From Octopus sinensis (Eukaryota), in assembly GCF_006345805.1 (NCBI RefSeq), contig NC_043012.1:56854001-56918000 (forward strand): a DNA stretch of 64,000 nucleotides. The letters are read 5' to 3'. Position numbers and translations under genes: made by a program. Shown piece by piece: positions 26,353 to 40,446 of this stretch (the stretch's first letter is position 1; each line of letters opens with the position of its first letter). The notes beneath the pieces are model-generated. The model ran no database searches, was not told the DNA's origin, and worked only from the letters and a program-made list of their open reading frames with translations.

Positions 26353-26600
26353 ATATATTATATATATATGCATGTGTGTGTTTGTGTTTGTCCCCCACCA
26401 CTGCTTGACAACTGTTGTTTGGTGTGTTTACAACCCCCGTAACTTAGCATTTCAGATAAAAAGATTGATAGAATAAGTGTCAAGTTTTAACAGCTAAAAA
26501 GTGCTGGGGTCAATTCACTTGACAAAAAGTTCTTCAAAAGGCTGTGCCCCAGCATGGCCACAGTCTGATGATCGAAACAAGTAAAAAAAAAATAAAAGAA
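26120..26600 (+). mobile_element. Family A SINE, diverged
   Basis: Collinear match with an expanded TA/TG core. Confidence 0.75.
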
Positions 26601-26879
26601 TATATTTGTAATTTGTAAAGTAAGATATATTTGTGTGTTATGAGGAAAAATTGTGATTTGCGGGGCCGTCTTAGCACCTTTATAAGCGCCAGGCTAATCA
26701 ATGCACTGGCCCCTATAGTATTTATTTATTGATGGCAAGCTACAGCAGTCATAGGTCAGAGTTAGGCTTCTGGGTGTCTAGTGTCCCAATCCCTTAAGAC
26801 CACTGATGTTTTGGACCTAGTGCTTTGAATTTGGAAGGTAAGTTATTGATTAGTGACGGTCAAGTTGTCTAGCCATCAT

Positions 26880-27200
26880 CAGCTTGAGTCAATCTATGGT
26901 GTGAATGTCATGTTAGATGACAGAGTGAGAAGAAATATAGATTTAAATCCTCCATATACAAGGTAAAGAGTATCGCTAATGGGGACTGCAATGTTCAATA
27001 ATACAATATAGTGGAAACCACTTTACTGAAATCATCAAAGTGAATTGAAAATATTACTTACCTGACGTTTTGTTTTTATGCTTTTATAAGCTAACGGAAT
27101 TATGGATGAGCAAACATGCAAGAATTGATGAATATTTGTATTGGGTGTTTTGGAGTTTTCACGTGTTTACTTGAAGAATTGCATGTAAAATCTAGATGTT
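26880..27200. repeat. Old unclassified dispersed repeat; second copy at about 8610-8945
   Basis: Collinear blocks GTTAGATGAC..AAGAAATAT.GAT.TAAAT..TC.ATATACAAGGTAAA...ATTATGGATGA...GAGTTTTCAC.TGTTTACTT. Confidence 0.7.
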
Positions 27201-27815
27201 ATTGTTGTTGCTCCTCTATTTGCTTTATGAAAGCAGACCCATGAGCAAAGGTTTTTCCATTAGTGACCATCCCATCTCTTTTCCTGACAGTTTATCTAGG
27301 GTTACATTATTTAATCTGTCTTTTTTTTTTTAAGATGATAAGGTGTGACAGGAGAGAGATATAACTGTTATTTCTAGCATATGAAGTGACTGCATAGATA
27401 TTCCCCCATTGGTTCAGCTACCTCAAGCTGCAGTGTACTGACTAGTTCACATGGTAGATTCATATCATTACTTAAAAGTATTTACATTTTAAGAGCTAAC
27501 CAGATTTTTGAGATGAGATAATGAGGCCCTATGTGATACTATTGTTGAACCTGCAAGAAATAGCAGTCAAATCTTCTTAAAAATCAAACCTCAATGTTTT
27601 AAATAAGGAAAGGATACATTGGATAAGGAAGGCTCACATAACCCTGTAAAAGGCAGGGTGGTCACTGTTAGATTTTCCATCACCATAAGCCTGCTTAATC
27701 TGAGTTTATTTCAAAAAGTTAAAATATATAAACTGCAACATTACTTTACTTCACATCCTGTTGGCTTATTTGCTGACTAATATCTAAAAGGAAGGTGAAT
27801 AGAAGAATTATTTAA

Positions 27816-28031
27816 CCCTTCTGATATCAACCTGAGACCATCTTTAATTGTACATCCTGCTTTGAAGCGAACCAAATTAAAAACTTCCTTTGAAATTTCA
27901 TGTTAATTTATGTTTCAAACAACAGCTAAATAATGATTGTTATTTTAAATAAATTCTTTAATATTTTTGAAGTAAATTGGAAAAAAAAAAAAAAGGCCAT
28001 GAATTTCAACAGAAATATGGTAATGAGAGGG
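27816..28031. mobile_element. piggyBac-type MITE family P2; related fragments near 24690-24790, 33870-34140 and 54200-54342
   Basis: TTAACCCTT left end; internal match to the reverse complement of 54200-54342. Confidence 0.5.
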
Positions 28032-28591
28032 TGTGTGTGTATAGATTTTTGAAATAAAAGTCCAAATGTGATTTCTTTATTACATAAATTTAAATATTTA
28101 TTTAAATTTTGTTGTTTAGATCCAAATCATCTCTGACTCATCAGATTTATAATGAAAGGTATTCCAATTGCGACCATCCTTCCTTTGGGCATTGCATGTC
28201 TAATATTTTATTATCCAATATCCCCAGTTTCGAGGTGGTAGTAATTTAGAGAGAACCTTAGCTGTTGTTTCTAGGAGATTGAGTGCCCCTATAGAGACTG
28301 CTGGTATTGGCTTTAAGTTTTGTTTTGTTTTTCTCTGCAAGTGTCCTTGTTTGCTTAATCATAAATGAGTTAGGATCAAAGGCATTTCAGCCATGACCAT
28401 CTCATCTATTTGTATATGTTTTGTTTATTGCTGAAGGACAGTAGCGATGTGATTATTTTAAAAATGAATAAATGTAGTATTTCAACAAATATGGTAACAA
28501 AAGTGTTAAAGGTGAAAACCATATTGCTCACTCTGACATATTGGTGAAATCATATAAGGCATATGCCTCATATAATAAATATTTTATAACA

Positions 28592-28965
28592 CTAGCAGTA
28601 TCGCCCGGCGTTGCTCGGGTTTGTTTTGACCCTTTAGAATTGGAATTTTGGAAAAATAAAAATTTTGTGCATTATGTAGCTTGTTATTCTCTTTAAGTGA
28701 ACATTTTTCTGGTTGAAATACACCGAAAAATGGCGACACAGCAGTCAAAAAATCGTAAAAAATAGGGATTTTCATAGAAAAGAAGCACCTTTTTGATGTA
28801 ACTAATTTTTGGTGTTAACAAGGTCCGATTTTAATTTTTTCTTCTACGGAAGGAAGAGCAAGCCTTCTATCATACTCTCAATTTTGGTCAACTTGCGCCG
28901 CAGGGTCTCGGAGGAGACAGTGTTAGTTGAAGGCTACCAAACCTGCCATACACAGACAAGTTCAG

Positions 28966-29000
<35 letters not shown>

Positions 29001-29017
29001 AGAGAGAGAGAGAGAGA
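28592..29017 (-). mobile_element. Non-autonomous Helitron
   Basis: Minus strand: A|TC 5' end, (TC)n(TA)n, subterminal GC hairpin CCCG...CGGG (28604-28619), CTAG|T 3' end, no TSD. These are the canonical Helitron termini. Confidence 0.75.
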
Positions 29018-31224
29018 TTAGGAGTGGGTTGAGGGGGGGGGGGAAATTTGAAAGAAAATGCTCAAATTTAGTTGACTGCTATTTAATTTCAGGTTACAAT
29101 ATTAGTCAGGAAATAGTTTTCTATTACTGTTATATTGTTTTTATTAACTATTCTAAGAAGGTGGGGGCATTCTTTATAATCTTCACTGACCCTTTCAGAT
29201 TAGATTAGTGGGTCACAGTATGGTCCAGGTGAACCACTAGTATTCCATACAAAATTTCTGGTGGTCCATTTCAAGTTTAAGAACAAACAAGTTGCTAATT
29301 TTTTTACATGAGACAATCTAATCTAAACTATAAATCATTTAAAAGTTAATTTACATGTATAATTATATAATGCATGAGTGTTTTCTCCGTTTAAAATATC
29401 CATGTTCTGTGTTGTTGTGTAATGTAGTTAAAATAATTGAATGTGCAGAACAGCATGACTCAGGGTTTTGGGATAGACTGCAAAACTTTGCTGATGTCAC
29501 ATGATAATGATATTTATATTTTAATTAAATGATAAATGATGAAGGGCTTTTTCTCACTCTATTTCAGTTTTGTATTATCTGCTAATTATATAATTAATAT
29601 GCTTGGCTTTTAATTCATCTTGAAATTTTTGTTATTTAAAAAAATGCTCCTTAAGATACACACACACACACACATACACATGCACACATATATGTTAACT
29701 AAATTAATCCCCTAAATCAAATTTAAATATTTTGTTCATTTTATCAGTTTTTAAACACTTACAAGAAAAGAAAAATGTTAAAAATATTTGGAAAAGACAA
29801 TTATGAGTTTGAAGTTTGTGCTAACCTCCCACTATATTAATTAGCGTAGGTTGAAAAGTACAGTAAACAGTAAGAGCTTAATAAGTATTATAGTGTATTA
29901 TGAGTATTTCTAAAACTTTGTTGAAGATTTATGAATGAAACTGTCTTCTATTAAAATGCTATATTTTAACATCAATATCACTATTGTTAAACTTTATAGG
30001 ATATTTGGTTGGAGGGAGGGGAGGGTGTTAGTATTTTGGTTTTCTTCTCAAAAAAAGGGGGAATGATGTCGAGAAACTGACAACAACAATCGTTTGTATG
30101 ATCGTCTTCAAGTTTGGTAACTTCAGTATCAGACAGCAACACCAAAACTGTGTGCCTGAACCCTGCCTGCGAGAAAACCTTTGTGATTGTTTGCTTGGCT
30201 TGCTAAAAATAGCTGGCATCTTATATATATATATCATCATCATCATCATATATATATATATAAATAAATAAAAATTGGGTAATGTGGTTCTTGATACATA
30301 TGGAAAAAAAAATAAGGTGAGTTAGTCATGGCTGGAAGTCTCTTGATTATTAGTATGTTTGATTAGGGCTGAACCTCCAGCTAAACAACAACAGCTGCTG
30401 CTTCTACTGTTACTACAACTACTGTACCTGAAGTACACTGAAGCGTTGAACAAGCCTTGATTGATAGTCTTTTTATAGCAAGCATTGTAGTGTCACCAAA
30501 GACTGGGTGTTTGGAATTGCTTCTGCTGCATTCTTAGCAATACCATATTCTAATTTCCCATTACACTCTTTGCAGGCCTTCTTCTTCGTTGCATATATGT
30601 TACAAGATTAAAAACAGTTTCTTTCCTCGGTTTCATTCGTTCTTTCTCTCTTCCGTCTTTCTAATGAAAACTTTACACGTGAGATATTTCAGCTATCTCA
30701 GCAGTTAGTCATCATAATATAATCACTAACATACTTCAAACATTGAGGAATATGTTGAAGTTAATTTAGAAAAAAAAAAAAAAAATTTTTCTTCTATAAT
30801 TTTATCTTCATTATCATTTTACTGTAACGATATTAAGGGTGGGGGTAGTGTTTGAAGTGTGTATGTGTGTGTGTGTATCTTTATTTTCATAGTACTGTAG
30901 GAAGGTAATAAATATATAATCAATTTCTAATGTTTGAAGAAATGGATAAATTAGATTATTTTTTTTCAATTTATTTTTCTTTTTATTAATTAAGCTTCTT
31001 TTTTTTTCTTAACGAGGCTGTGATGAACTTTAAAAAAACATAGGCTTGTCTGTGTGATTAAGATGACTAATTTGGGAAACTGTCTTCTCTTTGAGCCTCT
31101 GGCCAATCAAAGGCTTGTGAATGAATTTGGTAGATGGAAACTGAAAGAATCCTGTTGTGTGTGTGTATAAAGTATGTATAAATGCTAATGTGTGTGTGTG
31201 TGTATGTTTGTATATATATAAATA

Positions 31225-31600
31225 AATGCATGTGTTATGTGACTGTAGTAAAAAGCTTGCTTCACAACCACATGGTTCTAGGTTCAGTTCCATTGCATGG
31301 CACCTTGGGCAAATGTCTTCTAGAGCCCTAGGCCAACCAAAGCCTTGTGGATTTGGTAGATGAAAGCTGAAGGAAGCCTGTTTGTGTGTGTGTCGTGTTT
31401 GTCCCCCCCCATTACCTCTTGACAATCAGTGTTGGTGTGTTTATGTCCCTCATAACTTAGCAGTTCGGCAAAAGTGATTGATAAAATAAGTTCTAAGCTT
31501 TATAAAAAATGTACTGGGGTCAATTCAATTGACCAAAAATTCTTTTAGTTGGTGCCCCAGCATGGCCACTGTCTAATAACTGAAACAAGAAGATAAAAGA
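31225..31600 (+). mobile_element. Family A SINE, diverged (partial copy at about 31040-31170)
   Basis: Collinear match. Confidence 0.75.
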
Positions 31601-32204
31601 TATATAGAGTAGTTGTATATTGTCAACTTAATGTGACAGTCCCATGAAGAGAATTACACCACTGCTATTTAGCCCTAGGAAGCATCAACGCTTCCTGTCG
31701 ACCGTGACACATTTCCTGTGTCCTTATGTTTACAAGGGGGATTTGTTTACTATCTTCTGTGAAAACATGTCCATTGAAATGTTTGTGTTTGGAAGGAGTA
31801 AGGGAAATATTACCTTGCACGGAAACAGATGAAGACTAGTGACAAGAAGAACATCTGTTTCACTGAATTTCTTTTTCATCCCCTGGAGTGTGGAAAAGCG
31901 GATGTCAAAGCAATGATGATGATCAAACCATTCCAGTATGTCACTGTTGCTTATGTGTGTGTCTGTGAGGGCACTCCTAGGCATGTGGTCCACCACTCCA
32001 TATAAATCAACTACCTTCACCTGCTTTCCGGTTATAAGAATATTATGTTAGCTGAGAACTTTAAAAAAAAAAAAAACAGGGAACTTTTACGTAGTTGCCC
32101 AATGTGCTTAAAACAACAACCATTTTCTTTATCAAACCAAACTGTCTTAAAAAAGAAAGTAGGCACATTGGATAAGACAGGGTGGTTAATTGGAATATGC
32201 CAGC

Positions 32205-32405
32205 CTCTTCCGGCCCCTGTGCCGGTGGCACGTAAAAAACCCCCACTACACTCACGGAGTGGTTGGCATTAGGAAGGGCATCCAGCTGTAGAAATACTGC
32301 CAGAACAGAATGGAGCCTGGTGCAGCCTCCTGGCTTCCCAGACCCTGGTCGAACCGTCCAACCCATGCTAGCATGGAAAACGGACATTAAACGGTGATGA
32401 TGATA
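32205..32405 (+). mobile_element. Family C retroposon
   Basis: Collinear match. Confidence 0.8.
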
Positions 32406-32841
32406 TTTGCTCAATGTAGGTACACCTGCATCTAAATACTGTAGCAGTCACCACCATGCTTAGACTCTAAGCTGGAGATCGTTGAATTAAGCTGAAGTAG
32501 TTATATATTTCAGCCTAGTATTTTTATTGTAGAAGTGAACTGGTTGTGTGGCTATGATTATCCACACAACTGGTTTACCAACTCATAGATTGTGGGTTCA
32601 TATGAGACATAAAGGATAGTATTTTGTCTCGGGTAAAGAAACTGTAAATATAACACGATCTTTACAATACAACCCAGTGCCTTTGTTAGTCCATTACTTT
32701 CACCATTCAATAACTAATAACATGCTGAAAATATCACACTTCATTAGTCTCTATTAGAAATTTATGACCATTATTAATTTTCCTGACATTAACTGTTAAT
32801 TGGTATAGACATCATTGCTTGTGTGTGTGTATATATATATG

Positions 32842-32878
<37 letters not shown>

Positions 32879-32959
32879 TTAATATTAGGAGAATGTAAAT
32901 GGCCAGAAATGTAATTAAGTAAATATAAATTGTTTTGATAAATATCTATTGAAAATTTC

Positions 32960-33001
<42 letters not shown>

Positions 33002-33245
33002 TGTGTGTGTGTGTGTATATATATGGTAACAAATCAACACACAAGAAAAAGCACTCAATACAAGTAGTGGAGTATAATTAATTTAATTGTTGAAGCCATT
33101 AGTCTTGAGTGATCACATACACTTCATCAAAAGTATTGTTCTGCTATGGCTGCTGTTTGATGAAGTGAATATATTCAGAAAATCAAGAGTAATGGCTTAT
33201 GACTTAAGCCAACAAGAAATACAAATACCTACATGTGTGTGTGTG

Positions 33246-33278
<33 letters not shown>

Positions 33279-34269
33279 GTACAAAAAATCTTTGCAAAAA
33301 TAAATGCAATTTTTATATAAATTTTTGAAATCTAGACATTTATACTGTGAACATAGACATATGACAGCACACACACACACAATCAATCAATCAATCAATC
33401 ATCATCATTGTTTTAAGTCCAATTTTTCTTGCTATCATGGATTGAATGGGTTGTGTCAGCATAGCATCTCATGACTTGTTGGTGTGTGTGTGTGCATGCA
33501 TGTGCATATATGTAGTAGATATATGAATTGCATTTAAAGTTTTAAAAAATTCATATAAGCACTCTAAACAGCATTAGATTAACATAACAATGAATATATA
33601 ACATATCTACAAATGTATACTAACACCTGCTGTAAGATTTTGTCGTTTAAAACGACTTCTCTTTAGAGACTCTGACTTTGTGAGACAAAATCTTCCAGAT
33701 AGTGCTGTTCTAATTTAGGTGTTCATTACCAATGATATATGCATCGTTATTTCAAAAAGATTAGTTGATATAAAGTAATGATCTCCACCTCTTTTACACT
33801 ACTTAATTACTTAATATGATTGCTTTGAGTTATGTGGCATAACTAATTAAACTCTTCTGACATTGCCCCTAGCAGTATGTTACAATCTTCCTGTTTTAAA
33901 TTGCTTTAAATAAAAAAAAAACTTCCATCAAAACGTTAATTTATGCTCCAAACACTTAGCAGGTTTACTTAAATTCTTTTACTCCAGTTATTTTCTTCAT
34001 TAAGTTCGAAATTAATTTAAACCAAGCAGTGTATTTTAACAGAAATAGAGAAATAAAAGGATTAAAAATTTAATTTTCCAGTTTATAAGCATGCTAACAT
34101 TATAAAATGACTGTTAAAACTGTGATAACTTCGTTTAACCGTTTAGTAATTAAACTAGTCAAATCTGGCCTCTTGAACATGCTTGACAATGTCATTCAAA
34201 GTATAAACAATTGGATTATCGAAATCTCAAAGCTATGAGACAAAGCATAATAAATTCAGAACTATTCTT

Positions 34270-34608
34270 TTATTTGTTTCAGTCATGCTGAAGCATCAAT
34301 TTGAAGGGTTTTAGTTGAACAAATCGACCCCAGCACTTATTTTTTTTTAAAGCTTAGTACTTATTCTATCTGTCACTTTTGCCGAACTGCTAAGTTATGG
34401 GGGCGTAAACACACCAACACTGGTTGTCAAGCGGTGATGAGGGAACAGACACACACTAGCTATACATATATACATACATACATAGATAATATAAAACAGG
34501 CTTCTTTCAGTTTCCATCTACTAAATCTATTCGCAAGGCTTTGGTTGGCCTATAGTAGAAGACACTTGCCCAAAGTTCCACACAGTGGGACTGAACCCGG
34601 AACCATGT
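34270..34608 (-). mobile_element. Family A SINE
   Basis: Collinear match. Confidence 0.75.
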
Positions 34609-35844
34609 GAATAAATAAGCATTAGCTTTGATAGAGTAATCTGAATGCTAGAAGATTAAGGGGTGTTGCTTTTGTTGACATGAATAGGCTGAGATGAGGA
34701 AGTATTTGATTAACAACTCAAAAATTGGTAGCTCATATCTATCTACTCCAGTTATTCTGTTGTGTTTCATGACAAGAGATTTAAATTCTTTGTAGCTATA
34801 GTGTTGCAGTGGTAGGACTTCTACACGGTCACTTGACCAGTTGGAAATAACAGCCAAATTCTCTCACATTCTATAAAATGACAACATGGTCATGACAAAG
34901 ACACTTTTGAGCATAGTTCTGCTCAGTTAGGGCTTACTTGGGATTGAACAACTTAGTTGTTGCCATTGTAGGTGTTTGGTTGATCTGCTTGAAATGGCAG
35001 CCAGGTATCAATCAGATCGCATTCTGTGGTCTTAAAAATGAAGGCATTTTCATGACAAGAATACCGTTGATAATTAGTTTTGGTCAGTGAGTGCTAACCT
35101 GGGGCTAAACAGCAGCTTAACTGTAGGTAATGGGGAGATAGGTGGTGTTTGATTTTCTGTTGGTTGACCTGCTGGAAATAGCAGCTAAATTTTCCTTCAG
35201 TCACACTGTACAATCAGCAAAATTGAACACACTGGACAATGTATTCTTGGATATACAAAATGATGGGATGGTCACTGTTAAAATATCTTTAAGCCCTTGG
35301 TCAACTTGATCATAGTTGGTCAGGGGCTAAAAAATAACAATAACTATATTTGATGGCATGTAAGCCTTTTTTTTCTCCCCCCCCCCCAAAAAAAAAAATG
35401 TCTAAAACAAAATTACCCTGGGTCCTTAATGTGAAGTTGGGCTTCTCATGAAGCTAATTTGGTCCCTGATGCTCTTTTACTTGAAAATGTGCTGCTGAAA
35501 TTGGGGTGCAGCTAATCAGCCTGTGTATCTTTTATGCCATCACATATGGTAGTTGTAAGAAATAGATGCCAAACATCTGAGAAAGTCACCAGCTGTTGTA
35601 GAAGATTGTCCAATCCCTGGAAAGATGTCGCATTTGACTAATGTTAGGAAACCCAACAGCTTTGTGGTTTGTGAAAGAATCAAGTAAAGTTTACATTGTG
35701 GCTTAGTTTCAGTATATTGCTTGTTGTTCTTTGCATCAGGTTAGTTTTGATCAAACCAACTTATGATTAAAAGCATTCCAAATGTGACCATTCCATCTTA
35801 TTCTCTCTCCCTTTTTTTTTTTTTTTTTTTTTCTCCTCTCCTTA

Positions 35845-36360
35845 CTTGTTTCAGTCAGTGGGCTGCTGCCATGCTGGGGTACCGTCTTGAAGTAAGTCTG
35901 GTACTTACTATGTTGGTGTCATTTGCCAAACCATTATGTTATAGGGACTCAAACAAACAAACACCAGTTGTCAAGATTGGGAAATTTCTTAAGCATGGCT
36001 TTGTGGTAAGAAGTTTACTTCCTAACCACATGGTTTTGGGTTCAGTCCCACTGCATGGCACCTTGAGCAAGTGTCTTCTACTATAGCCTTGGGCTGACCA
36101 AATCTTTGTGAGTGAATTTTTTTCAATGGAAGCTAAAAGAAGCCTGTTGTATATATTTGTGTGTCTTTATGTTTTTGTTAGTGCCCCAGTATCGCTTGAC
36201 AACCAGTGTTGTGACTTAGTGGTTCGACAAAAGAAACTGATAGAATAAGTACCAGGCCTAGAAAAAAGTACTAGGATTGATTCATTCTACTAAAATTCCT
36301 CAAGGTGGTGCCCTTGTATGGCTGCAGTCCAATGATTAAAGCAAGCAAAAGATAAAAGAT
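35845..36360. mobile_element. Family A SINE fragments (minus tail about 35845-35985; plus copy about 35992-36360)
   Basis: Collinear matches. Confidence 0.7.
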
Positions 36361-36381
36361 TTGCTTGTTATCTGGAATAAG

Positions 36382-36415
<34 letters not shown>

Positions 36416-38253
36416 AATACAGTTGGATGTTCTTTCCACAGTTGACCATTCGGCTGTTAAGTGGGAGTAGAATTTGGTTTAATAAGCAAAAAGACAAACA
36501 AAAATGAGTCTTATGTACTTTACCTAGAGGTAGAATAATTGCTATGGCTATTTTGAACACCCTGTATAGCAATTTAAACACTTGAGTCATTGTACATAAG
36601 TGATATATAATGTTGTATACTCCTCTGAACTTGCAAACAGTATAACTCTCGCACAATCTAATGTCTTGTATTCATTGTGTCTGCTGTGATCTGCTCACAT
36701 CACACTGTACTTGTTGAGCTAATGAGAGAGCCTCTACATAGTCACTTGACCTGCTAAAAACTGCGGTCAAATCTCCCCCAAATTATACACTCTTCCATCT
36801 TAGAAATGGACAATTTGGATAATGTGATTCCGAATTCTCTTCACGTGGGAAAGAAATGAGAAAGTCGTGGTTGGACTGCCTTCGATCACTAGTCTGCTTG
36901 ATCAGGCCTGACCTGGGGCTATAAATATCGGCAATACACTCTCTACAAAATGCTGTACCCGATTCTTCCTCTCCTAGAAATGTAATCCCTTGGAATACTT
37001 TTCCTCCTGCACACCTGTCTTCACAAACTATGAGCTAAATAAATTCAGGAATTGAAGCTAAATATCAGTGACCTTGAATTCGCTAGACAGCAGCAGCACT
37101 GAAAAAGCTATGGGCACTGTTATTTCTGAACTCATTTCATATTCTGTAGCATTTTATTGCATAAACACAAGGCTTAAAATATTTCCATGGAGATGACACA
37201 ACTCCATCACAGGTAACTACCTCTTCCCACAGCTGTCTGGTTATTTGTTTCTGATGGTTTGTTCAGAAGTAAATTAAATATAAATTTGATTTACATCTGA
37301 AAAGCTATTTCTATTTTTTTTTAAAATTACACTGCTTGTGAAACAGCATGGATGCCTCAGATTCACATTTTAGCATCCTCTGTTAGGTTTTGTCTAACTG
37401 CTATTGTCATCTAAATTACCTAGGAAAATTTTACTGAATGGTTAGTTATTTCTCTAATACCATATTGCTACCAAAGATAGCTATTACACATTAGACGCAA
37501 TGAGATGTTGATTTTGTTGCATGAGTTCTAGGATTAGCTGCAATCAAGAATAATCCATCTGTAACCACTCAGAGCTTCTTTTTTGCACTTAGAAATTGTT
37601 CAGTATATTCTGTTTATTAGACAATAGGTGTGATATGAAGGAGACTGACTGCTATTTCTAACAGTCAGATAACTCTTGCTCCAAGTGCAATCCCTATCTC
37701 CTGCTTTTCTGTTATTTTCTCAAGTTATTTCAAATTATTGAGTAAAACAAAAAAAAAGCAAGAAGTTTGTGTGTGTGTGTGTGTGTGTATAAGGTAGTAA
37801 ATTGGCAGTTGTTAGAATGTTGGATAAAGTCCCTTCTATTCCAGCTCTCTATGCTCTGAGTTCAAATTCTACCGGGCTTAACTTTGCTTTCCATTTATTT
37901 TGATGGTGGTGGTGGGGTCTAAACTACCAGTTAAGTATTGTCTAATTTTTCTTTTTTCTCTTAGAATTTGCCTTGCGATGTAAGATATGTCTATATGTAA
38001 ATATAAAGTCATGGTAGGGTATTTTCAATGCAGCAATCTAAGCTGAGCACTGGGGTTATCTACGCTGTCACATTTCAGACTAATACTGAAATTCTTCAGA
38101 TGCAGAAAATCTTTGTTTCATGATGGTAAAACAATTGAGTTTAGCATTAAAATTTCTCTTTGTCTTATTTGGATTTTATCACACACACACATGCAAAATA
38201 CACACACACCCTTTCATATGTATGTATGTGTGTGTGTGTATATATATATACTC

Positions 38254-38626
38254 TTTACTCTTTTCAGTCATTTGACTGTGGCCATGCTGGAGCACCGCCT
38301 TTAGTCGAGCAAATCGACCCCAGGATTTATTCTTTGTAAGCCTAGTACTTATTCTATTGGTCTCTTTTGCCGAACCGCTAAGTTACAGGGACCTAAACAC
38401 ACCAGCATCGGTTGTCAAGCGATGTTGGGAGGACAGACACACACACACACATATGTATACACATATACATGACAGGCTTCTTTCAGTTTCCGTCTACCAA
38501 TTCCACTCACAAGGCTTTGGTTGGCCCGAGGCTATAGTAGAAGACACTTGCCCAAGGTGCCATGCAGTGGGACTGAACTCGGAACCATGTGGTTGGTAAG
38601 CAAGCTACTTACCACACAGCCACTCC
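38254..38626 (-). mobile_element. Family A SINE, full length
   Basis: Near-identical to 11535-11937. Confidence 0.9.
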
Positions 38627-38657
38627 TTATATATATATATATTATATATATATATAT

Positions 38658-38694
<37 letters not shown>

Positions 38695-39299
38695 TTAATT
38701 TAAACATGTTATTGAGAGGATTAACACAATCCAGTAATAATCCTTTCTGCTATAGGCACAAGGCCTGAAATTTTTGAGGAGGGAGCTTGTTGACTGCATT
38801 GACATCATGGCTTAACCGGTACTTGTTTTATCAACCCTGAGAACATGAAAGGCAAAGTCAACCTTGGTAGAATTTGAACTCAGAATGTAACGATGGATGA
38901 TAAGCTGCAGAGGAGGGGATAAGCTGATTACATCGACCCCCCCCCCCCTACATTATCAATGCCGAAAGGATGACAGGCATAATTGACTTCCTGCAGTATT
39001 CAAAGCTGGAACATAGAGACAGATGAAATGTTGCTAAACCTTTTGCTCGCCGCGCTAACGGTTCTGCCAGCTCACCACTTTTATAATAATAATTTTTTCA
39101 AAATTTGGCTGCTATTTTGAGGATATGGTTAAATCAGTTACAGTACTTCATTGGTATTTTATTTTATCAATGTTAGAGGATGAAAGATAAAATTGACTTT
39201 GGTGGGATTTGAAATCCAAATAATAAGAGCTTGAAGGAATACTGCTAGGTATGTTTTCCAATGTTCTAATGATTCTGTTAATTGAATATCTTAATCATC

Positions 39300-39545
39300 A
39301 TCATCATCATTTAGCATTCGCTTTCCATGCTAGCATGGGTTGTACGGTTCAACTGGGGTCTGGGAAGCCAGAAGGCTGCACCAGGCCCAGTCTGATCTGG
39401 TAATGTTTCTATGGCTGGATGCCCTTCCTAATGCCAACCACTCCGTGAGTGTAGTGGGTGCTTTTTACGTGCCACCGGCACAGGTGCTAGATGGGGCTGG
39501 CAAACGGCCACGGTCGGATGGTGCTTTTTACGTGCCACCGGTACT
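39300..39545 (-). mobile_element. Family C retroposon
   Basis: Reverse-complement match. Confidence 0.8.
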
Positions 39546-39662
39546 TTCATGTGCCAAATAATAATAATAATAATAATAATAATATTGGTTTCAAATTATG
39601 GCGCAAGGCCAGCTATTTTGGGGGAGGTGGGGTAAGTTGATTACATCGACCGCTGTGCTCAA

Positions 39663-39895
39663 CAGTTTGCTGGACATTGTTGTAGAGCTGAAAACGAGGC
39701 AATTTCTACTCTTCTCCTCTGGAAGCCATCTACTCGCAATACCAGAGGGCGCACACTCTCCTACCCTGATGTAATCTCCAGGGATACAGGCATCCAGCAA
39801 CAGGACCTCTGTAATGCTATGATAGGCCGTGAAGTCTGGCGTAGCATGGTAAATTCCATTGTCTCGACCACGGTCGAACAATGATGATGATGATG
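39663..39895 (+). mobile_element. RTE-clade LINE 3' fragment (ORF2 C-terminus + (TGA)n tail)
   Basis: Open frame 39666-39884: FAGHCCRAENEAISTLLLWKPSTRNTRGRTLSYPDVISRDTGIQQQDLCNAMIGREVWRSMVNSIVSTTVEQ*, resembling the RTE-type FAGHC.R / LLW.P...RGR / DR..WR motifs. Confidence 0.75.
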
Positions 39896-40231
39896 CTAAT
39901 GATTCTGCCAATACTAAAAATTAAATTGTGTGAAGAACAAAATGTTTGAGTAAATAAGAACTGAGTTACCGAATCTTTTGCTGGTATCTGTTTGACTCTG
40001 TCTTCACTTTCATCTTGTTTCAGTTTATGTTACCCATAGGGAATATATGTTGGGCTTAGTTTCTCAAAGGAAGAGAAGTTAATATTGATAAACTTCTGCC
40101 CTATCAATGAGGAGTTATATTTTTGCTCATTGGCAAAGAAATTTGAGTTTAAACATTATCTCATATGGTTCCCATGTGGATTTTCTTTTTTTTTTTTTGT
40201 TGAAGTTCCCTTCCTGAGTCATAGTGACTCA

Positions 40232-40446
40232 TAAGGGCCGGTTTCCCGGTTTTGATGGCATATTTATTCCCTACCTGGATGGGATGCTGGACTGTCGCAG
40301 GGTTACTTAGTTTTACCAGCTGAGTGGACTAGAACAATGTGAAATGAAGTGTCTTGCTCAAGAACACATCATCACCTGGTCCAGGAATTGATATAATCCT
40401 TCAGTCATGAGTCCAACACCCTAACCACTAAGCCATACACTTCCAC
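40232..40446 (-). mobile_element. tRNA-headed SINE with a D-like head and a third tail type
   Basis: Reverse complement of the head and central block. Confidence 0.6.

Noticed and set aside
30470-30600. Minus-strand KKKACKECNGKLEYG reading (CxxC)
   Set aside because: Short, no splice signals or recognisable family; at most a transposon remnant.
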